DNA from: Takakia lepidozioides
Taxonomy: Eukaryota > Plantae > Bryophyta
Length of the DNA stretch: 64,000 bases
Assembly: GCA_030704615.1 (NCBI GenBank)
Contig: CM060734.1
Coordinates: 9,114,001 to 9,178,000 of the forward strand
Direction: 5' to 3'
This document shows, in pieces, positions 51,336-64,000 of this stretch. The position numbers and the translations under genes are program-made. The notes under the pieces are model-generated. The model saw nothing but the letters and a program-made list of their open reading frames with translations, was not told the DNA's origin and searched no databases. The first letter of the stretch is position 1. Every line of letters starts with the position of its first letter.

Positions 51336-52269
51336 CTATTTTATTATTTTATTTATTTATTTATTTTAATAATTTATAAATTTATATATTTTTTTAATAA
51401 AAAAAAAATAAACAGTCTACCACTACCAATTCCGCGGCTATAGGCCCCTTTCTCCCTGTTCTGTCCGCGGTCATAGGTACGCCCGTGGAAATGACATGGC
51501 GAGACGTGACGTGGCGTCAACCACGCTGGCGAAGACTGCTAACGTGGCGTCGGACCCTTGAGCCAACGTGGCGAAAACCGGTGACGTGGCGTGAGCTTGG
51601 CCACGCTCACACGCTCACGCAGAGGCATTCCCCGTTAGTGAGGATGCGCGAGGTGAATCGCAGGACATCACAGTTGCTATCCATGTCAAATATGAGCTAC
51701 AAAGCCAGCAAGGAAATCAAACGGACAGGCAGGGGCAGAATCAGCCATAAACTTTCAAAGTTAGTGGAACAAGAGGATTCTGCAGCACGGCAATGAAGAT
51801 CTGGATATGACAAAGCAAAACATAATTGATTTGCTCCAAAGGGGAGCTGAAACAAGCCTCCATAGATCCAGTAATGTGTCGTTGCAGCAAAAGTGCGCAA
51901 TGAGGATTCTTCGGGAAGAACAGCAGCTGTCTGTCTATTTTTTTGTGGAGAGAAAATACCAGCACGGGAGCGATTCATTCAACTGCAGCTCCGTCGATTA
52001 ACACACAGGATCACGCGGCGAATGAAACGCGGTATCAGGATGAAACCCTAATATATCCATTAGGGATTACAAAAAATTCCATACTAGATATAGTTATGGA
52101 AAAAAAAAAATTGTTAATTCCCAAATATGTATCTGGAGAGAGGGAGAGAGAGGGGGAGAGGGGGAGAGATCAGGAAACCAAAAAATAAAAAAATAAAAAT
52201 TGTGGGGGGGAGGGGGGATGACTGAGCAGCTGCTGCTGCTAAGTCAACCCCCCACCTTTTTTTTGTTTC

Positions 52270-54510
52270 TTTGTTGCCCCCTCTCTCCCTCTCTCTCCCT
52301 CTCTACTGGGAATTGGCAGTTTGCTATCAGTGTTGACTTCTTGTTTTCTCATCCTCTATCAGGTTTTTCATCCATACCGGATGAGCCACCAGGATGGACA
52401 CTGAACTACCTCTAGGATGGTTCTTTTGGCTTTTTCATTCCTCCTTTATTGACTCTCATCCATACCGGATGAATCACCATGGAAGAAAAAAATTACCTCT
52501 ATGGAGGTTGCCAGCAACATCCTGTTTTTCCATCCGTACCGGTTGAAAAACTACCAGGATGATAATTTTTCATTCCTCTTTTATTGACTCTTTTTATCCA
52601 TACCGGATGGTCTGGTGAGGAATGATAAAATTACCTAGATGGAGGTAAGACGCTGCCACAGATGATATTCCCCACTTTTTCATCCTGACACAAGTGATCT
52701 GTCTATGGATGATGTGATTATGGCCTGGAATTGATCTTTACTACCCCTAATTATGATTAATTACGGTGGAAACCCTAACCCCTACCCCAAAACCTATTTT
52801 TAACCGTGTTGCGGGTGAAATCCGTCAGGGTATACGGATGTGTCCTACTGTTTTTCATCCACGGATGAATAATCGGGGGACCAAAAACCCTATGTCGTCT
52901 CTCCCGCTGTCAGAAGCACGCGATGTGCTTTTAAGCTCGCGAGGGGAGTGTTATGGCGGACGTGCTTCGGTGGCTGCCCCGTTTGTGGTGTCGTACCCAT
53001 GCTGGACGAGCGCCTGGGGGGGGGGCGAAGGCGGCGCCTTGTCTCTCCTGCAGCGGGAAACACCGCTTTGAATGTAGTGGCATCTTCCCTCCTCTGGCTT
53101 TTTTTGTGCTTAGCAAGGGTGCTTATGATGGGAAGTTCTCTCCCTCCTTTCTAGTGCCTTGCGATTGTGCCTGCGTTGCTTCATTGCTTATGTGCTTTGT
53201 GGAGGCGGCTTGCTGCGGGTGGTGATGGCGCATAACCCTCTTCCCCAATCACTTAAGGTGCCTTTGGAGTTTAGGGATTCTCACGTTCTTATCTCTTTTT
53301 CTTGCTTTTGAGTTTTTTAGTTGACATCGATGACAAGTGTGAGGGTCTGTGATTCATCTGGGGTTCCACAATCCTCACTATCCTGTTGGTTTTTGTGGGG
53401 GCTTGTGATGGGACCAGGTGAGGATCCTCACCTACTTTGAAGTTTCTTGAGCCTGCAGATTGGGATATGGGCTGAGGAGACCTAGGGGTTTGTGCGCTGT
53501 GAGGTGGCTGCTGCCTGCAGCCCCGATTTCAACTCGACTGCCCCTGGCTTAACATGCTACAGCCTGCGTTCTGGCCTTTGTCGTTCTGCCGCCGATGCGC
53601 AGCTCGGCCTGACTGGCCTGTTTCCTGAGGCTTGCATACAACCATACCCTACCTTTTGATCTTTGACAGCAAAGCCTGTGGATTATTAAGCTAGGTTGTA
53701 AGTTCTTTTGGCCAAAGAGGATCTGGTTTTTGGTGGTATGTTTTTGGCGGTTTTGGGTATCTATGGACCTGGTGGCCTTGAAGTTTAAGGCGGCAGCCTG
53801 GTAGGGTACTGCCTTGCTCCTTTTCAGGCCTAATTCTGATGTGTACTGGATCGTAGTAAGGTGTTCTTTATATGTCTTAGCATGGAACTCTTGAAGGATG
53901 AGGATGGTAAGCTGCAATGGGATCCTACCTATAGTTTTGGATCTATCATGACATCAGGCCTATGACCTGCAATCTGGTTTTTTATATACAAAAGAGGCTG
54001 GATCTCGGCTGTTCATGCTGCTTGTTGGTACAAGTCTTGAACCTGCAATTTGACAGGCTGCATTCACATTCCCTTGATACCTTGTATGATCACATGTCTC
54101 GGGGTGAATACAAATGATATGGAATCTACTTCATCTTGCTCAAGTTGGACTGCTTGGTGGCATACTGAGATTCTGACAAACTGCAGGCTGGTCCTTATGC
54201 CTTGGCTGATGCATGACCTACCATAATTAATGGCTGAAATTGTAAGCTGCTGGTATATGTACAGGCTGAACCAAGAGGCCTTGCAGCCTGCACAGGGATA
54301 GCAATATCTTATCTTGTCCCACACAAGAACAAACCCCGCCCTCCACCCTGTTTTGACTTGGATGATTGGGTGGTGTCTTTTGGATGATTTGACAAGACTG
54401 GAAATGTGAGATAGTGCCCTATCCAGGGCTGTTTATGTCTTTAATTGACAATGACTCTTATGGGTCCTGTCCATGTCTTGACATGACGTGAATATCTTCC
54501 CTCTCTCTTT
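52270..54510 (+). mobile_element. Non-coding module of the Penelope-like family
   Basis: CT tract, then repeated TTTCATCC..GGATGA palindromes, ending in the shared GACAATGAC...GTCCATGTCTTGACATGAC...ATCTTCCCTCTC motif. Confidence 0.55.
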
Positions 54511-54671
54511 TTAACTTTTTCTGCCCCATCTCTCCCTCTTTTGTTTTTTTTTTTTAAAGCAGCACAAAAGAGAGGGAGAGGGAGGGAGAGATCAGGAAAC
54601 AAAAAAGAAAAAAAAGGTGGGGGGGGGGGGGGGGGTGACTGAGCTGCTGCTGCTGCTCAGTCACCCCCCCC

Positions 54672-54703
<32 letters not shown>

Positions 54704-54914
54704 TTGTTGTCTCTCTCCCTCTCTTCTCCCTCTCTCTCCCTCTGTCTCTCTCCCTCTGTCCCTCTCTTTTTTCTCTGTCCCTCTCCTTCTCTCTTTTTAA
54801 CTGGACTGCCCCCTCTCTCGCTCTCTTGTTTTTTTTTTTTTAAGCAGCACAAAAGAGAGGGAGAGAGAAGGAGAGACATTTTTATTTTTATTTTTTGTTT
54901 CCTGATCTCTCCTT

Positions 54915-57900
54915 CTCTCTCCCTCTCTCCCTCTCCCTCTATAAATCTTTGGATTTCATCTGGCCTTAACCTTTTGAGGTTATTTAGTTTTTCATCCTGC
55001 CTTTTTCATCCAAATCTGGATGATTTTTATTTATTGGATGATGAAACTTAATATACAGAAAGCTAGAGTTACCATCTATTTTTTTCATCTAAACTGGATG
55101 ATCTACATAAATAATGGTTACCTATTATAAAATCCAAGAGAATAATAAAACTACCATCATAAATGATGGCAGTTATTAAACCTAAACCTATACCATAACC
55201 CTAAAAGATACATTTCTATGGGATGTCATCCAGTGACAAAATGCCTATCTTGGTAAAATGTGATATTTCATCCATCCTGGATGAAAAATCGGGAAGTTTT
55301 GCCCTAAGCAGGCCGACACACTTCAAGCACTGAACTCGTGCTTCAGTGAACCTTGATGATGCGCCGTATAAACCTGCTCCCCTGCTGCTACATGGTACTC
55401 GTGATTGCTGGCTCTTGGGATGCGCAGTGGTGGTTAAACAGATTCTTCTATGGCAGACGACAAAGCCGTGATTGCTCTGATCAGGAACTCATGGTTCTTT
55501 ATTTTGCAGCGGCTTTTACTCCTTGTTGGGAAGTACTCTATCCCTATTTATCTACAGATTACTTGTTGCTCTCTCTTCGTGTATGAGCCACTCTCTAGCT
55601 GTGAACGCTTCTACTCTGATTGCGTTCTGTTGGAGACAATCTGTTGGACGCCATGGCGCAGGGCATACCACAAACACTCAAGGTTTTTTGAGTTTACCAT
55701 TGCTTGAATTGTGATCTGTACTTGCTTTAGAATTCAACACTGACATGGATAGCAACTGTGAAGACCTGCCACTTACCTGCTGCATCCTCACTAACACACA
55801 TCGCTATGTGGTGGTTTTTGGGCGGGCACAGGTGAGGGTCTTCACTTGTCTTGATTTCTTGAAGCTTGCAGTTCCTGTTCTTGCAAGTGTGGATACTGCT
55901 GCTGCCTAAGCTGCTGATGCCATCTGCTGTTTCAAACTGCCACCATGCCGCTTCAGACCTGCTCCAAGATTGCTCCAATGAGGATCTGCTTCTCTCCTTA
56001 CCCCTGTTTACGGTTTTTTACAACCACATTTGCATGTGTAGGAGTTTAGCTATGAAGGATACAAGGATACAAAATAGCAGTTATTACTTTGACTGCCTTG
56101 ATACTTGGCTCTGAAATGAGAACTCTTGGTATGACTCTGATGGATCAAAAGGATAGGCTTTGATAGATAACACACATTCTTCAAGGCCCTCATATCATTT
56201 TGGTTTCATGGCTTGATAACAAACTGGGGTTTCTGAGCTGCTCTTTCACCTTGGCAGAACTACTTTATGTGGCCTTAAAATACCATTCTAGGCCTATACC
56301 TGCTTAAGGGGGCTCTACACTGTTGTTTTCTTCTTCCTTTTTAAGAATCTTGCTTATATCTTGGTTCTAAAACATCATCTTCAAACCAAACCTGCAATCT
56401 GGTTTTTGAAATGAGTTTAAAATGGATTCTTGAGATGATGATGTGTACTATGGTGCTTTCATGATATGAATGACCTGGAATCCCACCCTCCCGCCCTGTT
56501 TTTCAGAGACCCTGAAATGTAATTGGGTATTCAAATGAGATTGTAAACATGAAAGAGAATGTTAGATGGTGCCCTGTAAAGGGCTGTTTTGTCTTTCAAT
56601 GACAATGACCTTAGCGGTCTTGTCCATGTCTTGACATGACATGTATATCTTCCCTCTCTTTATTTGATCAGTGTACTTAGTGGTTTTTGTACACACCCCA
56701 TCTACCCTTACCTTTCTCCTTTTCACCTTCTCATTTTGTTATATTGACAAATGTTCCGGGGGCTTTGACAGAAGTCACCAAAGAGGTCCTAGCTGGAATG
56801 AGGACCTCATAGCCCTGGGGTATCAGTCCCCACTACCCTCCTCCAATTCCTGCTGTGCAGGCAACCCTCGCACAAGTCACACCAAGTGACTTCCATGCTG
56901 CATTGCAAAAGATGGATACTGAGGCCGTGGAAAATTCAGGTGATGAAAACCCCGTGTTATTACTTGAAACCTTGGCTTTGGAAAATTGGGTTGCACTTGG
57001 CATCATGGCAAAAAGAATGGCAGGTACCTGGAGAAGCTCCAGGAATTCAATACTAAAATGATTGAGGTACTGGAAGATGATGCCGAGGAGCTGATACAAT
57101 GGGAAAAGAAGGGATCAGCCATTGAGGCAGCTCTTAGAATGACCAGACTGTCTCCACGCAGAAATCTACAAACACATCTGAAAAAGACTTCATCCCTTCT
57201 GTAAGTAATCACCCAATCCTTGGGCACATGATTTTACCGGATGAAGAAAAAGAGGCAGTGAGAGAATTCTGTGAACAAGTAGAAATCTCACAAGTGGAAC
57301 AAGAAAGGGCAGCAGGTGCCACTCCTGGAAATCTGCAATTTGTCCCTTGGTTGCCTCCCCGTGCAGTTGAATTAGAGGTTGCCAATAACGATCACATGAT
57401 GTGGCACCCACATGCTAATATCAATTTATTGGCACCCATTTCTATTGAAATGTGGGTCAAATGGGGCAACATAACTCCTGCTGAACGCAGTAGGTGTGCA
57501 CAGGATGCTAAGGAGGGTTTTCAGAGAATAAAAAAGGAACCTATTGCTGTGGCATGGCCACTAAGGACCTTCTACTACAAGCTCTGTGACAAAGGTGAGA
57601 CCTTACCCTGAGGATGACTTGCCGACTGGTTCGGCCAGATCCAAAAAATCACAAGAGTCAACTCTTCAACTGGCATCGTCCCTACATAAGATGTAACTGT
57701 GGACAAGGAGGGGCACCCTCTTCTTGCATTGGGAGTGTTGCTTGGTTTGACCATATGGTATGGTATATGCTGAACAATCTGATTGTGTTCTTCCCTGATG
57801 ATGCCTATCCTTCGGTGCAAACCAAGTATTAAGCTTTCTGGTATGGATCATGCGGGCTGCCAGATCTGCCTTCTTGCACAAATTACCTTCCAGATGACCC

Positions 57901-60900
57901 GGGGCTTCATAATGGAAGCAGCTTGTGAATTCTCAATTGACCCCCAAGCCAAGTTGCTTGGGAAGTTAGGAGAATCCAAGGGGGCCAGATACATTGAGAA
58001 ACTTGTGAAACCTGGGTCTTTTTCAGACAGCCTTCCCAGGCCACAATTCAACAGCTACAAACGGCAGCGTATGGAGGGGCAGACGCCTCCTCAACAAGGC
58101 AAGAACAATGCCACTCGAGGCAGAGGTACCCCTGGTCGTGGAAGAGGTCTCTACCAAAGAGGAGGACGCTCTGGCAGGGGGCAATACTCTACCAACACCT
58201 CTGAGAATTCAAGAGCAACGAATCGGTCATCACTTGGGGGTTCGGGTGCTAATTCCAGTACCACCATCAACATCGCCAGCAGGAGTCATACAAGACTCGT
58301 CGTATCACTGACGAGTTCTCCCCAATACGCAAACGAGATTTTGGATCATGGACAGATCTTTAAAAATCTCATTTTTGGTATGTTCCTCTACTTTGCATGT
58401 GCAGATGCGTTGTTTGGTCTTGAGGATGGTTGTAGACAAATTGAAACTCATGCCCATGGCAGGAAATTCATAAAACAGGCAGCAAAACCTGCTCCCTTGG
58501 GATTCATTCATATGTTGTACCCAAACCGTGGTATGGAGTGGATAAACCCTAGGAACTTGATAAAAGAAGCTTTTTTGGAATTTGGACAAAATGACTTGGC
58601 TATTCTCATCGATGAGATAGTCTTTGGATGGACATATCATAAAACAAAGCAGCTCTGAATACTATCAGCCTGCTGCTGTTTTTCCGTGATTTTTGCTTTA
58701 TGCAAGACCTGATTCACTCACCAGATTGTCTATGTGACAGTGCCAAGAGGTTTCATGATTTTCGGGATGCGGATACAAAAACAGAATTCCATCTATCTGG
58801 TTCTACACCTACGCAACACGTACGTACCATGGACCTAAATATTATTAGACACGCAAGGCTGAAAGAACTATTCAGCCTAGGTATGAATCACATCCCTCTC
58901 AAACGTACTTTGCTGAAAGACGTTGTTGAACAAGTGTCTCTGGCTTTCCATAGAACCTGTGAAATTTTACATATAGACCCATGTGAATCTTGGGCAGCAT
59001 CCTGCAGCCAATGGGTAAAAAACACATGCTGGGATAGATTGAAACAAAAAGCCGGCAGAGGAAGGTAACGACTTCACTCACCAATGAGCGAAATCCTCTT
59101 ACTGTAAAAGAGGCAAAAGAAAACTTTCATGGCTTCTCAATCACCTGTATTTTTCTGGTCTGACAAGCTAACAACAACGATGTTTATGTGTGTGAAGCAC
59201 ATAAGAACTCAAGCCTTCCACAGATTGATGGGTAAAGACTTTACACCTGACCTTGTTCTAGGAAACATTTCCGTGGAAATACAGAGTCTGATTCCGGAGA
59301 TACCTGCTCCCTCCTGTAGATTACCTTACAATTATGGGAATCTACAAGCTACATAAGAAAAAAACAATGGATTACCAATGCCCATAAATGTGTTTTCAGT
59401 GAACTTGCTAGCCTTCTTACAAGGCTACCATGGATCTTCTACCATTGGTAAAAGAAATGGCCAAGACAAGGCTGGATACTTATGAGCAATTTTTCAAAGT
59501 ATCTACTATGTATTGGATTATTGATTCCATCACTGACTTTACACTAAACCTGCCTGAAAAAAGTCCATAACATCTTTGTTGCTGACATTACACAATGAGA
59601 ACATACCTTTGACAGGATAGGATAACTTAGGGGACGCCATTGAATACGTGGTGAAGATTGCATTCCAACAACACACCATCGGTCTCACCCCCGAGCACGT
59701 CATACTCTATGGATTCCAGCCAAAAACGGTACTTTCGGAAAAAGTAGATGGGGCACGTCTTCCCCAAAATCAGGTACCTGGATTGAACTTTCTGAAGTCA
59801 AACTACTTATGCTCCACAAATGGCTTATGTCACACTGTTTTGTCGCCTTAGGGGACCGTGTATGGCAGCAGATTTCTGGAATACCTATGGGTTTTTCATG
59901 CTCACCATTATGGTGCAACATGTACTTCCTTTTTATGAAATCAAATTCATCTTAAGGCTTGCAGCTTTAGGACAATTCTAGCTTATGCCTATGTTTAATC
60001 TGCCTTCAGATACATTGATGATATATGCTGGCTAAATGTGGGTGATGCAATGCTATTCCTGGACCCACGGGCAGACAGAAGCAGCAACAACCCTTGGTGG
60101 ATCTACCCACTCAATGTAGTGGAGATCAAACCTGAGCTACTACGCACTAAAAACGATTCCCAATACGTGGGTTGGAAGCTTGTTTCAAGAATATCCAGAT
60201 TACAGTCTCAAACTGTGACACATGTGAGTTCCATTTCCAGAAATATGACAAGAGAAGACTACTTCCTTTCTCTTACACTCAATATATCCAGTTCTTATCC
60301 AATAGGCCTGTGAATCAATCTTACAACATTGTGATTTCACAAGCTGTGCCTATTCTATACATTTCCAGCAATGCTGATCTGGCTGGGAAGGAGTGTAGCA
60401 TTCTGATTAACACTCTTGGGAGGAATGGTTTCAAGACCAGAAAACTTGCTCGTATCTTGACAAAATTCCTTGAACGTGGTTCATTCCCTGGCTTGCTCTT
60501 CCCTGTACAAAGCTTATTGAGAAACTGAAAGGTACTTTCTAAAAAAACCTATACAGAGCTATGTTATACCATTGAACTCTCTACGTTCTTTTCTAAGTGA
60601 TACTATACTAGTGTTGCTATGATACATTTTATGCCATCATTTCATTCTTGATCCGAGGAAGTGAGGATGTAGGATTCTACTCCTTTGGATAAATATTATC
60701 TGAGGATAGAACTACATGGAAGAGGGAAAACCTTATGAGAAGAGGTCTGGTATGCACTCCCTTACGGGGTGAGTGCATACCACAGTTACTCCGTAAGGTT
60801 CTGCCATGCCAGGGGATTGGCTGGTGGGTCCCTCTCTCTCCCTCTCTCCCTCTCCTCTATAAATCTTTGGATTTCATCTGGCCTTAACCTTTTTGAGGTT

Positions 60901-62581
60901 ATTTAGTTTTTCATCCTTGCCTTTTTCATCCAAATCTGGATGATTTTATTTTATTGGATGATGAAACTAAATATACAGAAAGCTAGAGTTACCATCTATT
61001 TTTTTCATCTAAACTGGATGATCTACATAAATAATGGTTACCTATTATAAAATCCAAGAGAATAATAAAACTACCATCATAAATGATGGCTGTTATTAAA
61101 CCTAAACCTATACCATAACCCTAAAAGATACATTTCTATGGGATGTCATCCAGTGACAAAATGCCTATCTGGTAAAATGTGATTTCATCCATCCTGGATG
61201 AAAAATCGGGAAGTTTTGCCCTAAGCAGGCCGACACACACTTCAAGCACTGAACTCGTGCTTCAGTGAACCTTGATGATGCGCCGTATAAACCTGCTCCC
61301 TGCTGCTACATGGTACTCGTGATTGCTGGCTCTTGGGATGCGCAGTGGTGGTTAAACAGATTCTTCTATGGCAGACGACAAAGCCGTGATTGCTCTGATC
61401 AGGAACTCATGGTTCTTTATTTTGCAGCGGCACTTTTACTCCTTGTTGGGAAGTACTCTATCCCTATTTATCTACACATTACTTGTTGCTCTCTCTTCGT
61501 GTATGAGCCACTCTCTAGCTGTGAACGCTTCTACTCTGATTGCGTTCTGTTGGAGACAATCTGTTGGACGCCATGGCGCAGGGCATACCACAAACACTCA
61601 AGGTTTTTTGAGTTTACCATTGCTTGAATTGTGATCTGTACTTGCTTTAGAATTCAACACTGACATGGATAGCAACTGTGAAGACCTGCCACTTACCTGC
61701 TGCATCCTCACTAACACACATCGCTATGTGGTGGTTTTGGGACGGGCACAGGTGAGGGTCTTCACTTGTCTTGATTTCTTGAAGCTTGCAGTTCCTGTTC
61801 TTGCAAGTGTGGATACTGCTGCTGCCTAAGCTGCTGTTGCCATCTGCTGTTTCAAACTGCCACCATGCCGCTTCAGACCTGCTCCAAGATTGCTCCAATG
61901 AGGATCTGCTTCTCTCCTTACCCCTGTTTACGGTTTTTTACAACCACATTTGCATGTGTAGGAGTTTAGCTATGAAGGATACAAGGATACAAAATAGAAG
62001 TTATTACTTTGACTGCCTTGATACTTGGCTCTGAAATGAGAACTCTTGGTATGACTCTGATGGATCAAAAGGATAGGCTTTGATAGATAACACACATTCT
62101 TCAAGGCCCTCATATCATTTGGTTTCATGGCTTGATAACAAACTGGGGTTTCTGAGCTGCTTTTCACCTTGGCAGAACTACTTTATGTGGCCTTAAAATA
62201 CCATTCTAGGCCTATACCTGCTTAAGGGGGCTCTACACTGTTGTTTCTTCTTCCTTTTTAAGAATCTTGCTTATATCTTGGTTCTAAAACATCATCTTCA
62301 AACCAAACCTGCAATCTGGTTTTTGAAATGAGTTTAAAATGGATTCTTGAGATGATGATGTGTACTATGGTGCTTTCATGATATGAATGACCTGGAATCC
62401 CACCCTCCCCGCCCTGTTTTTTTCAGAGACCCTGAAATGTAATTGGGTATTCAAATGAGATTGTAAACATGAAAGAGAATGTTAGATGGTGCCCTGTAAA
62501 GGGCTGTTTTGTCTTTCAATGACAATGACCTTAGCGGTCTTGTCCATGTCTTGACATGACATGTATATCTTCCCTCTCTTT
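54915..62581 (+). mobile_element. Penelope-like retroelement with ~1.75-kb direct repeats (54915-56661, 60833-62581) flanking decayed ORFs
   Basis: Near-identical direct repeats without TG..CA ends; RT motifs between them. Confidence 0.8.
58440..60528 (+). pseudogene. Penelope-like reverse transcriptase (Naiad/Chlamys/Hydra-type motifs), frameshifted
   Basis: HVRTMDLNII, DKANN, YKLHK, VADITQ, QQISGIPMGFSCSPLWCNMY and FRYIDDIC (~60005-60028) motifs. Confidence 0.82.
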
Positions 62582-63292
62582 TTATCTTTTCTGCCCCCTC
62601 TCTCTCTCTCTGGTTTGTTTTGTTTTGTGAGCAGCATAAAAAAGAGGGAGAGAGAGGGAAGATACTTTTTGTCATGTCAAGACAAAGACAGGACCCCTAG
62701 GGTCGTTGTCATGAAGAAGAATAATAATCAGACATATCAGCCACTTAACAGTGGCACCATCCATCAATCATCAAGCTATAAAATCCAGAATTACCTCCAT
62801 GCATAGTAATGTGTTCATGTCAGTATTATCCATAATCCAGAGAGTACTTCAGCAAAGCTGATTGACCACCAGTCATGATCTGGATACACATTCAGAGGTC
62901 TGGGTGGGATGGCGGGTACTTGGCCATATTTTGGCCTCGATGTGTTGTAGGTCAAATGGTCATACAGATTTACAATCGAGATTGATTGATGTCCGCAAGC
63001 TGGAATCCAAACATACTTACTCACCCATGGGTGTCATGGAGGGTTTTTTTTTTAAAACAAAAAGAAAGCTTGGGTACCACAAATTTCAATATCTTGCCCT
63101 GCCAGTATTTGTTTAAACTGGTCTGCAACACAGCTTGCCCCCACAAGGGATGGGGATAATATGGTTAATTTTCCAGATCACCCCTGTACCATTATTTCTT
63201 GCTACAGCTGAAAATCAAAGTTCATGACACAGCAAGGCAAGTATAAAGCATTGCATACACACCCTATGACAGTATATGACACTGCCAGCACG

Positions 63293-63440
63293 AGGGAAGC
63301 TAGCGCGTGAGCGCGCTCACGCTTAGCGGACTAAGCGTGAGCAAACTTCGTTAAGCGTGAGCAGATTTCCTAAGTGTGAGCACATTTCTTAAGCGTGAGC
63401 ATAGAATGAAAGCGGAGCCTATAGCCGTGGGAAAAGCATA
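63293..63440. mobile_element. Probable terminus of a relative of the 49149-51633 transposon
   Basis: Repeated GCGTGAGC words and CCTATAGCCG, matching the reverse complement of 51430-51633. Confidence 0.5.
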
Positions 63441-64000
63441 ACCTATTGCTGTGGGGACAACGTTTAGGGTACCTGAGGGCAACATACGAAAGACACGAAT
63501 GGAAATTTGAGAGTAGTGCAAGACGAAATCTGTACGGATGAATGGGTATGTGGAATGGATGAATGTTGGATGAATGTAGGATGAATGTCGGACGTCAAAA
63601 TACGGATGAATGTACAATGGATGAGAGCAATGACATTTGGGGTGAAAGAACTTGAACGATGTTGAATGAAGTAGGCCATCATCCACTGCTTTGAAGTGGT
63701 ATGAATTTCCCTCACATACCTTTTGTTCGAAACAGTATACATGTCGTATAAACAATGCCATTAGTGAAGGTCCATGCAAGACTGAAGTATATTCAGAAAG
63801 CACGATCTTATTGATTGGGTATGAAAAGTAAGGCATCCTTGATGATATCTGAAATAAGCATAGAGCATCTAAAGGACTTCTGAATGCCGATATTATGAGC
63901 TAAGCCCTGGTAAGACAGCTTACGGGAGTATGTGTACACCTTATACATGATCCGGTCAATGCACACTACTTTTGTTAGCTAGTCTCATGTAGCCGATGCC

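Larger units (their letters stand above)
49149..51633 (-). mobile_element. Non-autonomous DNA transposon (Mutator-like or related) with SWIM zinc-finger ORF
   Basis: TSD (C)GTTAGTGAG at 49139/40-49148 and 51633/34-51642; imperfect GCGTGAGCGT terminal inverted repeats; flanks rejoin into the known module. Confidence 0.8.
47570..52170 (-). mobile_element. Minus-strand leader module of the Penelope-like family, interrupted by insertions
   Basis: 47790-47945 is reverse-complement homologous to 56560-56710; 49090-49148 joined to 51643-51690 matches 55740-55840. Confidence 0.7.

Noticed and set aside
55770-55780. ACTTACCTG resembling the U1 snRNA 5' end
   Set aside because: No further U1 similarity; it is simply a splice-donor-like word on the opposite strand

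Overview
Eukaryotic nuclear DNA, almost certainly from a land plant and probably a non-seed plant, judging by PLS-class PPR-E-DYW remnants, (CCCTAAA)n repeats and CACTA/gypsy/L1 elements. Most of the window is transposon-derived, with one clearly intact host gene (DUF716/TMEM45-like, 43398-44420). The highlight is two decayed, independently inserted copies (1-9917 and 10337-17183) of an unusual Ty3/gypsy retrotransposon. Its polyprotein has a DNMT3-like C5 cytosine methyltransferase after the protease and a PHD finger after the DDE integrase. It has a Tf1-type self-priming site instead of a tRNA PBS. Its termini are permuted: both copies end in B-A-B and stop exactly at the GACA of an internal GACA-nn-TGTC site, as if a 2-LTR circle had been opened inside one LTR. 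The window also holds a Pack-CACTA (26109-33528, GAG TSD) filled with scrambled PPR-DYW sequence inside the intron of another CACTA transposase. Other contents are a Penelope-like RT family built from chained ~2-kb modules, a SWIM-finger DNA transposon with a 9-10 bp TSD, an L1 remnant with telomeric filler, and a LINE-like fragment with a chromodomain plus a PCIF1-like adenine-methyltransferase motif. All domain calls come from motifs read by eye, not from database searches.
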